Shown: positions 51,211 through 62,900 of the stretch, piece after piece
Layout of the letters: each line of letters starts with the position of its first letter
Numbering within the stretch: the stretch's first letter is position 1
Assembly (NCBI GenBank): GCA_043228905.1
Contig: JBHGNT010000020.1
Span: 7,006,001 to 7,070,000 of the forward strand
DNA: 64,000 bases
DNA from: Azolla caroliniana
Taxonomy: Eukaryota; Plantae; Polypodiophyta
Direction: 5' to 3'
Program-made: the position numbers and the translations under genes
The notes under the pieces: generated by a model
Databases searched by the model: none
What the model was told of the DNA's origin: nothing
The model's input: the letters and a program-made list of their open reading frames with translations, nothing else

Positions 51211-51487
51211 AAGGGGGATTTTTTCAGGATTTCGGTCCCTCCGGATGGGATGATGAAGGCCCTGTGAGAACCGGATGATGAGTACTCGGCAAGGAAGACC
51301 CAGTGAGAACCTCTCACCGGATGAAGGGACATATATGTAAACAAGTTCCAGAGAGCCCATTGGGGCTATATTTGTAAATAGCCTGAAAGTCATATTAGTA
51401 TAAATATGACCTAGGGCAAACAGAGAACATTGTTGTCATTATTTGTTGTATAGAGTTATTGGTGTAACTGTTGTACAGAGCGTAGCA

Positions 51488-51527
<40 letters not shown>

Positions 51528-51831
51528 GAGTGAGTCTCTGTTGTAACCGCCGCCATGTGAAGATTGTGAGCACGAGGTCGTTGCCTCTGTGCTCCCCTAT
51601 TGTATTCTCCTTACATAGTGATATTTTAGAGTCTGTGGGCTCTTGTGGTTTTTCCCGTTTAGGGTTTTCCACATTAACATTCTATGCATTCTCTTCTGTT
51701 TGTGTACTTACTTCCATTTCTCCATTTGTACTATGTTTGATTATCATTAAGTGATCTAACTCTTGGTTGTGGCCGAAGATTATTCCGCATATTCTCAACA
51801 TGCTATTATAGTACACGACGTGCATGCGCGG

Positions 51832-52878
51832 TGTCGTGAAGATTTTCGGCAACGGTGTGAAAATTGCATGAAATGTACAAAATCAAGTGTGGTTCTTCAC
51901 ACACAATATGAAACAATAATAGTGAAGATACTATTTTATACTAGTTTAATATCTTGGTACAAAAAGATGGAGGTCTTCAAGAGCTTTCGAATACACTTTA
52001 CCACATAAGAAATGGACAACTAAGTGGCAAGTTATGTGGATATGAAGTTTGCGAAGAAGAAGAGAAAAAACAAAACTACGATATATCCCACATAAACAGG
52101 ATAAATAAGGATGCCAGAGTATATAAGCAGGGCCAAAATCTATTACTTTGTATCTATGGGTGGATCATAGAATGTTCAAGGTGCCTTGAGCTAAACTAAC
52201 CGGATGAATGGGTGTGGCTTAACTACTTTGTAAAGGTTTTGGCCAGCGACAGCGACCGAACGGATCCGATTGAACCGGTCGAGATAGACGGATTGGTCAG
52301 TTGATCGCGGTCCATGGTGTTTTGAAGATTTTCGGTGTAAATACAAGACCAAAAGCCTAGTAGTATTTTGTGTTTTAAAAGGGATGTGACCAAGGCTTGA
52401 ACCTTGCACCTCCAAGTTGAAAGTCAATAAGCTTACCACTAAGCCAAGTCATATCTTCAAAAGCTCTATTTTGATCATTTTACATGTAAATTCTCATACA
52501 TGAGAGCTTGAATGAGTGACATGGTTATCATGTAACACATGTAATACATAAGCACCAAATGGCAAACATGCATCTCATGCATGTCTTGCACCCTCACAGG
52601 CATCATATGCATGGGGGCATCTATAAAAGAGTGGATGGAGAGGGAAAACGGGCTATGTATTAATCAAGAAATTAAGAGTAAGAAAATTCATTATTCCATT
52701 TTTGTGATGATATATCTTGTTCCTCAAATCTAAAGTAAAGGGTTGATTCGCAATCTCTCTCTCTCAATCTATCAAAAATCCTTTCTTGCTAAAGCTAGTG
52801 CAAACTTCGAGTCCTTCTGGTATAGAACCCCAGCGGTTCCACCTCACAATCAGCACATAGTGATGGATCTTCATGACA
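51832..52878 (+). mobile_element. TGTCG-terminated non-coding insert
   Basis: TGTCGTGAAGAT...ATCTTCATGACA (11/12 inverted match); 4-bp TSD GCGG. Confidence 0.92.
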
Positions 52879-52903
52879 GCGGGAATCGAGAAAGGTGCCA
52901 AGC

Positions 52904-55823
52904 ATGGGAACACAAAACCTTTGCCTCCCAAAGTCTCTCTCATTTCGCGAACACTGAGCACTAAGCGCACAAAGGACAATACAAGTAAGCATACGAACGC
53001 AAGAAGCACATACAAGCACAGTGGCCCTACCCACCCCCGCAGAACCAGACGTCGAGATGGAACCTATGGCACTTTCCGAAACAACCAAGAAGTGGTTCAA
53101 CCAACATGGTTGGGGAGGCTTCCTGAGGATAGCAAAGGCACCACCGCATGACGAGGTAGAAGAAGTCGTGCATAAAATCAACACAGAAGTCATAATGGAG
53201 GAAGCCATCCGCGCTCTAATCCGATTGTCGTAAGGGGGCATCTACTCCATCGAGAACCCTTCTCTCGAAACGCTAACCAAGTTTTTTGGCAAGTATTCCC
53301 TCGCCAGCAAGGCTCACCGGACACAAGGCGGCGAACCCCCTGTTCAGAGAAGTGGCTCGTGTCCTCCACAAGTATGGGTTTGTGTACCCATGACCCCCGA
53401 CAATGCCAAAGAACAAAGCCGGCTTGATCATTGCTACATACACACGGGTGCAAGTGGGTTGGTCGGTAATCATCACAAATTGCTTGCATACGGTGATAGA
53501 ATTAGTGCAGAACAGCAAGAAATTATGGATGATCGTGGCTCAATGGCTGACTCTCTTGCCGCCTTCGGTGGAGCCCGTAAAGACGAAGAAGCGGGTTCGA
53601 GCAACGGAGACCACGCCCAACAAACCTTCAAAACGGCAGCAACTCCTGGCCAAGCACACGCCCAGATGGAAAGAGGGTAGTACCTCGCAACAAGGGAAAG
53701 AACCGCCTAGCCGAAAGAGGCAAGCATAGACAGAGACACCGATGGAGCCACCAAGAAGGCCCCTTAAAAACAAGTTGCGCCGACAGGAACAAGAGTCGGA
53801 CCCCTTGGCAACGAAGATCAATATCAGAACCCAAGAGGAGGAGGCGGAGGAAGACCCTGCCAATAACCTCCTACAACGCCAAAAACGTACCGACGCGGAG
53901 GAGAAAGGGGACGAATCGGGTCCAATGAAGGACATCACACTGACACCCCATTCCGAAAGACCGGAGCCAAGGAAGGAGGCAGAACCAATTCAACCAGTAC
54001 CAATGAAAGAGTTACTTGTGCGGCAAGAAGCAACAATGTCGGTGGTCCAAGAACCAGTAATCGAATTGCTTACCTCACCGAGACAGCAAGCACAGCAAGA
54101 GCAGGAGTTGTCGCTACAGTCAACAATCCAAAAATGGCTTCTGGCGAGAACAGAGGCCACACCACAACCGGAACTGGCACGACAACAAGGCACCGATAGT
54201 CAATGGCTATGGTGGATCGGCAAACAGGTGGTCAGGGTCATGTGCCAAATAGAAATGGAGGAGAGAGCACAGGGGGACCGGTTGTTCGCCACAACCAAAG
54301 AACTTGAGAAAGCTTGGTCAAGGATCCGGAGCATGGAAGAAGAAATTGTGCATGCCAAAGTAGAGGTAGCTAAGCATGTCATAGAAGGACCAATACTACC
54401 AGAACTGGTGGCTCCGGTGAATGAACAGACCAATAAGATGTCGGTAACTGAAATAGCATCGGATGCAAATAAGGCACAAGAACAAGAACTCGCCACTCTC
54501 AGAGAGGAATTAGCAGCCCAAGAGGCCTTAAGGGCTAGAGAACGAAACCTGAAGAAGGCGGCGAAGGAGGAACAACGGAAAATGGCAGAGAACCTCCGAA
54601 GAGCCGAGGACAATCTACAGAAGGGTCATCAAGCATATGACTGATTGAAGGAAGAAAAAGAAAAGTTGTTGCAAGAAAAGGACAAACTCTGGCAATCGGC
54701 AGAAGTTGAGATCGAGCGGCTCCAAGAAGAACTCCGGCAACAAAAGGACCGTGAGGACCGGGCCCGACGCCAAGTCAATCAGAGGCTGATATAGAAAACG
54801 GAGGATTTTGACAAGTTGCACCGGGATCACAAGCACCTAGAGGCGGAACACAAGAAATTGATGGAAGAAGGTGACCGGCAGCAAGAGAAGATGCGAGAAC
54901 ACCGGGATGAGGTCAACAAGACAACAACGGCATTGGCAGAAAAAAGGACCAAGGGAGTCGAAGCAGTAAAGATGCTGGCAAAAGCAGTGAAGGACAGAAT
55001 GGAGCTTACCCGGCACCATCCTGAGGAGATGGAACGAGCAAAGATGGCTCTGAATAGAGTTGAGACAACTTATCAGACGTAACTGATGCAGTATCAGGGA
55101 CAAGCTAAGGCAATTGCGATCCTCATAAAGCAATTAAAGGATGAAAAGCAGGTCGCAAAGGAGAAGTCAAAGATGGGACTTGGTCGTATTCGAGACATTC
55201 TACTGACATGGAGGGACTGGATGAAAAGTTTAGTTGAAGAAAGTTCAGTACAATGGTGGTCCAAATGGGCAAAGCAGGCAGCCGAGTTGTAGGTCCTGCG
55301 AGCGGATGCGGAAAACCGGCAAAAGGACGATGATAACTTCTACAAACTGGACGCGGAAAGCGTTGTGACCATACGGGAGGAGTTATCAGATGACTTCCTA
55401 TCCTTGGCCAGAGAGCAACTAGTGGCGGTGGGCTAGCTGGTGGAATAGCTGGATGACGACCAATTGGATACCCAACTTCAGTTCGAGCGATACGAAGGGG
55501 AACGGAGACAGCAAATGGCAACTAGAAGAACGGCGGCAATTAACATTAGTGACAAAGAGCAATCTCAGGAACAGATGCCGAATGTAGCCAAAACCAGAGA
55601 AAGCCAGCGAAATGTAACTCAAGTGGAGCAGTCGAACCTGCAAGAGCCGGTGCAAGCCGGACGTCAGGAGCAGGAGGAGCCCAGAACAGATGAGCCGGAG
55701 ACGGAAGCCCGGAAGGGACTAAAGCCGAAAAGGAAGAGCAGGCCGGAGAGCAACCACAACAAACGGAGCAACTACCCGAAGAACCTCGAGAACCCTAGGA
55801 CCAAAGCATTCTGGACATATTGA
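52904..55823 (+). pseudogene. Extra ORF3 of Gypsy B (~2.9 kb, long coiled-coil C-terminal half; stops)
   Basis: Collinear ORF pieces 53021, 53403, 53742, 54816, 55086, 55464; conserved with copies A and C. Confidence 0.82.
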
Positions 55824-55885
55824 CGGACGATTGAAAAGGGCCCATGGGTTCGACGTACAATGTATTGTCCCACGGGTGTGCCATG

Positions 55886-56421
55886 TGCTGCCCGACAAGA
55901 CCAAAGGATCGATTAGAGTCCAAAATGTGAAAGGGGTATTTAATTAAGGATAGGGAGTTGTTATTAATAAATATTATGTTATTTTGAGAATATCAATATT
56001 ATGTTATTATGTTATTTTGAGAAGATAAATATTATGTTATTATGTTATTTTGACAAGCGGGTGGACGGACCAGAATCAATATGTTGATTCGGATCTGGAC
56101 TGGATCGTTGTCGGTTGTCAGTTGGCACCGGTTTGTAACTCAGTCGGAGACCTATAAAAGGACCTGGCAACAATGTAATCAGAGACGGATAATTAATAGA
56201 AGTGTTGTTGTTTTAAGTATTGTTTAGTGTCTATTTGGTTATCGTCCTGTGCTTAATATCATTAATCTTATGTGTGTGTTACGATCATTGACAGTGCCAA
56301 TTAGTAACCGATTAAGACCCATTTGATACCACGGTCCATCCATATCTCACCGTACCACCCTTTGGTGAAGTGTTCCATAAGGACACCCTGTGTTAGGGCT
56401 TGTCCAGCCTAAAGGATAACA
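55886..56421 (+). repeat. 3' LTR of Gypsy B
   Basis: Direct repeat of 32545-32983, followed by TSD CATTG. Confidence 0.92.
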
Positions 56422-57327
56422 CATTGTAACTAGATAAAAACAACAACATTCATTAATCCACCAAATATGTGATAACCAATAATGAAAACTTAAAACTTGT
56501 GCATTATTGAAGAACTAATTATGCCACAAAAGTGTGAGATAATTATCAAGATAATAATATGTGTGTTTTTGGCAACCAATCTGAAAGTTAAGCTTATGTA
56601 CAAACAAACACCTATTTGTTTATCGTAGTTGATGTTGAGTTGTAACACTTGCTAGGGAACACAACATGAAACTCAACGATCATTTTAGTGGCAATGGCAC
56701 ATCATTGTCATGTAATGCCAACAAAATACCATTGGGAGTGGTTGATAGAGCCTAGTAGAGTTTGTCCATCTAGCTAAGCTCGTCCATTTCAATATAGGGG
56801 GACTATTCAAAATCATTATTTTCCTAATATTTGCCTCTTCCACCTAAGCTTCTACCAATACGCCCAAAAAATATTGTTTCTACACCTATATATTGTTCAT
56901 CACCATCAAAAAATAGAGGTAAAAAGCCTCGTAGACGAATATGACCAACTGCTTCCACTACAGGTTCTGATAGGAGAGGATTTCCTGTTATCTCACGTGT
57001 ACTTGTCTCAACCAGCTTACTCTCCCAACCTACACATTTCTGCAAATTTCTTTGGTGACTAAGCAGCAACAACCAGAAGTCCATGGTGGCCCTGAAAATA
57101 TACTTTTGGAAGCAGCACTGAATGCGATATTTGCATTGAGCAGGACTACGGTGGAGGAGGTGATGTTTTCTGTAGTTGAAGCTATTTGTTTTATATGGGG
57201 TGGTCTTCATTAGGCCAAAATCTAGAGTTGCATGAGTGCTCAATAGTTTTCTAGTTAATTATGTTGCATTTTTCTTTGTAATACTAGACTTTTTTGTATA
57301 TTGCCTTTGGCCACTTTATGTTAATAC

Positions 57328-59947
57328 TGTGAAATGCACATAAAAGGAAACCAAACCAGCCTAGCTAGCTTCATACTTATCATTCAATATATAGAAGATA
57401 CAAAGAACCCATTTTGGGACGGCCTAGCTACACGTGTCCCAAAATGGTGTGCTAAAAGGGTGGACTAAAATGGGTGATGTGCTAAACGGGAGTGGCTAAA
57501 AGAGTGGTGTGTTCAAATGCATGGTCTTGCATGAAAGGGACACCACATTTCCCCCCTCAGAAAAACAAGGAGTGTTACGCTATCAGAGAAGGAGGGTGCT
57601 AGAAGATAGGCTTGGGGTAGCATATGGCTTGATACGGGCAACATGGGCTGAGGTGAATCGACCGTTGGAATCGCGTCGGAGTAAGTAAGTCGTGGACTTG
57701 ATGGCACGAATTACGGTGAATGGGCCGATCCACCGGTGCATGAGGGATTCACTGAGACCACGCCGCCGGATCAGGAAGTAAACAAGGACTTTGGTTCCAT
57801 CAGCATATGTCGGGGTGATTCGACCCACGTCGTAGTGTCGCTTTTGACGTTGTTGTGCGACTTGTAGATTTCGGGAGCTAGCTTGTCGAAGGAGGGGGAG
57901 CATTTGTTGGAGATAAAGCCCCCAAGTAGCATTATCCATGTTGGCAGGTTTAGAACAGATGTCAATGGACGTTTCTGGTGGGAGCCGCAGGTCGCGTCCA
58001 TAGAGTGCTCGAAAAGGGCTGATCCGTGTCGACGCTTGTACGGATGTATTGTAGGCATGGGTGAAAAAAGGCAAGATTTGATCCCAGGTTTTGTGGCATG
58101 GATCGATGTAAGCGGCAATTTCTTGCTTGAGGGTCTTGTTGAGGCGTTCAGTGAGGCCATTTGTTTGAGGATGGTAAGGGGATGTAAACACTTGTTGGAC
58201 ACCTAGTTGAGTTGCCACAACATTGAGGACATCCCCATGGAACTGGCGGCCCTGATCAGATAAGATTTGGATAGGGCAACCATGTTGAAATATTACCTTT
58301 TGCAAGAGTTGGGAGGCAATTGTTGGCGCAGTGACGTCGGGGATGGCAACAGTTTCAGCCCATCATGTGAGGTATTCTGTTATGACAAGGATATACCTGT
58401 TGCCCCTAGAGGTTTCGGGAAAAGGTCCCATGAAATCCCATCCGACCAACTCGAAAGGTGACGTGACGATGATGGGTTGGAGTGTTCCAGCTGGCTTGCC
58501 CCCATGTTTGATGTGTTGACACAAAGCGCATTGTTTGATATAGGTAGAGATTGAGTGTCTCATGTTGGGCCAGTAATACTTGAAACGTAATTTTTCAAGA
58601 ACCTTGTGGAAACCCAAGTGGCCCGACAATGGGTGGTCGTGATAAAATTGGAGATACGTTTGTTGTAGGGCATGAGGGATGTAGAGACGAGGCTCGTGAT
58701 GCGCTTGAATGAAGAATACCAAGTTATCGCGGAGCATGAACCGTTGTTGTGAGGGAAATGGTTGGAGGGAGCGCAACTGATGGATTATCTGTTGGATGGC
58801 GGGGTCTTGTTGTTGAAGCGTAGCGAGTTGTGGCAATGGTATCAGAAGATCAGATGTCTCAGGGAGAAATTGGATAGCCTGGCAGTCGGCGCGAGAGAGA
58901 GACTATCAACGACCAAATTGGTTGCACCTTTTCGATAGGAGAGGGTAAACTGATACTCTTGAAGTGCCAGCGTCCATCGCAACAAAAGGCCTGGGGGGTG
59001 AGGTCGATGGATAAGAGAAAGCAAGGGCTGGTGGTCGGTCTCAACCGAAAAGTGTCCACCATGAAGGTATGGATGAAAACGCTGGAAAGACCAGACAATC
59101 GCAAGTAGCTCCTTCTCAATGGTTGAGTAGTTGCATTCAGCTGGCGTGAGAGTCCGACTAATGAAGGCGACCACCTTCTCTTGCCCATGGCAATCGGCTT
59201 GCAAGAGGGCGGCTCCTAACCCCTGGTTTGATGCGTCTGTCTGCAACGTGAACGGTCGGTCAAAGTTAGGATGGGCGAGCAACCTCGATTCCTTGACCAT
59301 GGTTTTAAGGCGACGAAAGCTATCTTCACAAGCAGGATCCCAACTGAATGACACGCCTTTCTTCAAGAGTTGGCGAAGGGGAAAAGTGACCAAGGCAAGG
59401 TTTGGGATGAAGCGAAGGGAAAAGGTGATCATGCCCAAAAAACGTTGCAAGGATTTGACTGAAGTGGGGCGAGGGTAGTCTTTGATGGTTGCTACCTTTG
59501 CAGGGTCCATACGGATTCCGTCACCAGAGATGATGAAGTCGAGAAAACGGAGGCTGGTGCTTCCCCATCGACACTTCTTCCATTGGAGCTGCAAGTTATG
59601 CTTAGTTATGCAAGCGAGGACTTCGGCGAGAGCTTGTAGATGGTCCTCCCAAGTGGCCGTGTGGATAAGGATGTCATCGAGATAAACGAGGAGGACACCT
59701 TTGTTGATAAGGGCGGCAAAAATGGAGTTGGCCATGCGTTGGAATGTGTTGCCAGCATCAGACAGGCCGAACGGCATGCGGGTGAATTGGAATAGCCCGT
59801 GGCGTGTGCGGAATGCGGTCTTGTGGGCGTCAGAAGGTTTTAGGGGGATTTGCCAATATCCCGAGGCTAAGTCCAGGGAGGTGAAATAACGGGAACCACC
59901 AATTTGATCCAAGAGGTCGTCCACGCGAGGGAGCGGGTAGAGGTCAT
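57328..59947 (-). mobile_element. Short-LTR Gypsy D, 3' half (LTR 57328-57547, INT, RH, RT); cut by Copia at 59948
   Basis: PPT AGGGGGGAAA on minus; flank ATAC; pol pieces 58842-59947, 58363-58836, 57583-58305. Confidence 0.92.
57583..59947 (-). pseudogene. pol: Gypsy D pol RT-RH-INT (frameshifts), no chromodomain
   Basis: YPLPRVDDLL, LDLASGYWQI, YLDDIL, QTDAS, HDHPLSGHLG, WDFMGPF, SDQGRQF, QTNGLTE, WIGPF. Confidence 0.93.
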
Positions 59948-62900
59948 TGTTGCTCACAGTGCTCGGCCACAACCGAGGAATAGGATCAACTCACAGAAAA
60001 TAGGAAATACAAAGTACACGAAGACAATAGAGAGAAGAGTACACAGGATATTTTACGTGGAAAACCCTAAATGGGAAAAAACCACGGGAGTCCTCAAACT
60101 CCAACTATCACTATGAACAGAGATGTACAATGGTGAAGCTTCAAGGCAACAACCTTGAACTCACTGTCTTCGCCACAGGCGGCGGTAATACACAGAGGCA
60201 ACGACCTCTTCGTCTCTCTCACTCTCTCTCTCTCTCTCGGCTGCTCTCTTTACTCTCTCTAAGTGAAAGCAGAAAAATAAGCAACAACAACAAACTGTTT
60301 GCCCTAAGTCATATTTATACACATATGACTTTCGGGCTATTTACAAATATAGCCTCAAGGGCCCTTGGCAAACATATTCACAAATATGTCCCCGCATCCG
60401 GATCTCTCTCCGGGTACATTCATCATCCGGCTCCGTAGTCGGGGTCTTCATCATCCGGCTCCGTAGCCGGGGTCTTCATCATCCAGCTCCGTAGCCGGGG
60501 TCTTCATCGTCCGGCTCCGGAATCGTAACCGTAACCGTAACCGGGATTGCCGTCATTCATCTCCGGACATCCCATCCCGAGGGACCGAAAATCCCAACAA
60601 ACTCCCCCTTCACTTCGGCATGGGATGTCTCTCCAATCCGATCCTCTTCCGGCATGCTTCCAGCTTGTCGGGTGTAAGTACCTTGGTCAGCATATCCGAC
60701 CCGTTCTCGTCCGTGTGGATCTTCGTCAGCACGAACTCCTTGTCTTCTATCCTTTCCCGGATCCAGTGGTATCTACGTTGGATGTGTTTCGTCCGGGAAT
60801 GGTAGGCCGCGTTCTTCGCAAGGTGGATGGCACTCTGACTATCGCAGTAGAGCCGGTACTCCTCCTGCCGGATACCGAGCTCTCTAATGAAGTCTTTCAT
60901 CCATATTATTTCCTTGCCGGCTTCAACAGCCGCCATGTACTCCGCCTCCGTGGTTGACAACGCAACCGTCTTCTGCAGCCTCGACTGCCATGAAACAGCT
61001 CCCCCTGCATACGTCATCACATACCCGGATGTGGACCGGCTGGTATCTGCATCAGCCGACATATCCGAATCGGTAAAGCCGTCGAGTTCGGGCTTACCGG
61101 AGCCGAATCGGAGGCATACGTTTGCCGTGCCCTTCAGGTATCGTAGTATCCACTTGACCGCGTTCCAGTGTTCTTTGCCGGGATTGCTCATGTACCGGCT
61201 CACCACTCCGACTGCGTATCCAATGTCCGGTCTTGTACACACCATTGCGTACATCAAGCTTCCGACGGCAGAGGCATATGGTACTTTCATCATGTCCTCC
61301 TTCTCAGCCTTTGTCTTGGGGCTTTGCTTGCTGGACAACTTGCAGTTTGCCGGGAGGGTTGAACCGACCGGTCTTGCTTCCGACATGTTGAACCGGTGAA
61401 GCACCTTTGTCACGTACTTCTCCTGTGACAGCCACAACTGCTTCTTCTTCCGGTCTCGGATGATGTGCATCCCTAGTATTTGCCTCGCCGGACCCAGGTC
61501 CTTCATTGAGAAGGTTCGGTGAAGTGCTTTCTTCAGCATCCGTATCTTGCCCTGGTCCCGTCCGACGATCAACATGTCGTCTACGTACAGGAGGAGTATT
61601 AGAAAGTCTCCTCCTTCGAACTTCTTCACAAACACGCAGTGATCGGACTGCGTTTTGTGGTACCCTTCGTCGGTCATGAAGGAGTCGAACTTCCGGTACC
61701 ACTACCAGGGAGCCTGCTTCAGTCCGTAAAGGCTCTTCTTCAACCGGCATACCAGGTGCTCCTTCCCTTTCTTCTCGAATCCTTCCGGTTGCTGCATGTA
61801 GATCTCTTCTTCGAGGTTACCGTGAAGGAATGCCGTCTTCACGTCCATCTGTTCTACCTCGAGGTCCATGCTTGCCGCTATGCTCAGCACCGTCCGGATG
61901 GAGGTCATCTTCACTACCGGGGCAAATATCTCGTCGAAGTCGACGCCCTTCTTCTGCTGGAACCCCTTCACCACGATCCTGGCTTTGTATCTCGGGGGGT
62001 TTCCGGCATCTCCCGGTTTCAGCTTGAACACCCACTTGTTTCGAAGTGCCCGCTTTCCTTTCGGCAACTCCACAAGTTCATATGTGTGGTTCTCATGCAG
62101 GGAATCCATCTCCTCCTGCATGGCACTTAACCACCTGCGGCTATGGGTGTCAAGCTTTGCTTCTTCAAAACTCTCCGGCTCCCCCTCGTCGGTTAGCAGC
62201 ACGTGCTCTGGTTCCGGAAATCTCCGAGGGGCCCTTCTCTCTCTTAGAGGGTATCTCCGTTCCGGAGCTTCGGTAACCGGCTGCTCCGTTTCCTCTTCAT
62301 CCGAATCCATTTCGGAATCAGGGCCGGTTCCGGTATCAGTTTCATCTTCCTCGGCCGGTTCTGTTTCTTCACCGTCTTCGGCCGGATCCTCGAGTGCTAA
62401 CCGGTCCCTTGCCGGTCGGGACTGCTCCTCGTAGAGTTTATCCTCACCGGTCGACTTGGAGCTCTTCATCTTCTTCTCCGACTCCCAGTCGGCGAGTGTC
62501 TTGTCCTCCATGAAGATGATATCTCGACTCCTGAATATCTTCTTGTCGACCGGGTCCCATACTCGGTAGCCGAACTCGTCGTCGCCGTAACCGAGGAATA
62601 TGCATGGCCGGGTCTTTGGGTCTAGCTTTCCTCTCCGGTCCTTTGCCACATGCACATATGTGAGACACCCGAACACCTTCAGATGCCGGTAGGATACTTC
62701 CCTAACGGTCCACACTCTCTGCGGCGTGTCTCCGTCCAAAGGTACTGAGGGTGATCTGTTTATCACGTATGTCGCCGTCGACATTGCCTCAGCCCAAAAC
62801 CCCTTGGGTAATTTCGCATGCGACAGCATACTCCGGACCCTCTCCATTATGGTCCGGTTCATCCTCTCGGCCAGCCCGTTCAGTTCCGGCGTCTTCGGCA

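Larger units (their letters stand above)
40133..51800 (+). mobile_element. Full-length Tnt1/Tork-like Copia with two nested inserts
   Basis: LTRs 40133-41411 and ~51222-51800; TSD TGCTA; PBS TGGTATCAGAGC at 41415; PPT GAAGGGGGA. Confidence 0.95.
32545..56421 (+). mobile_element. Ty3/Gypsy non-chromovirus element, copy B, both LTRs present, hosting nested inserts
   Basis: LTRs 32545-32983 and 55886-56421; TSD CATTG (32540-32544, 56422-56426); PBS TGGCGACCA at 32991. Confidence 0.93.

Noticed and set aside
52904-55823. ORF3 as a host myosin/SMC-like gene or a true envelope protein
   Set aside because: It lies between pol and the 3' LTR in three element copies and shows no clear signal peptide or transmembrane segment
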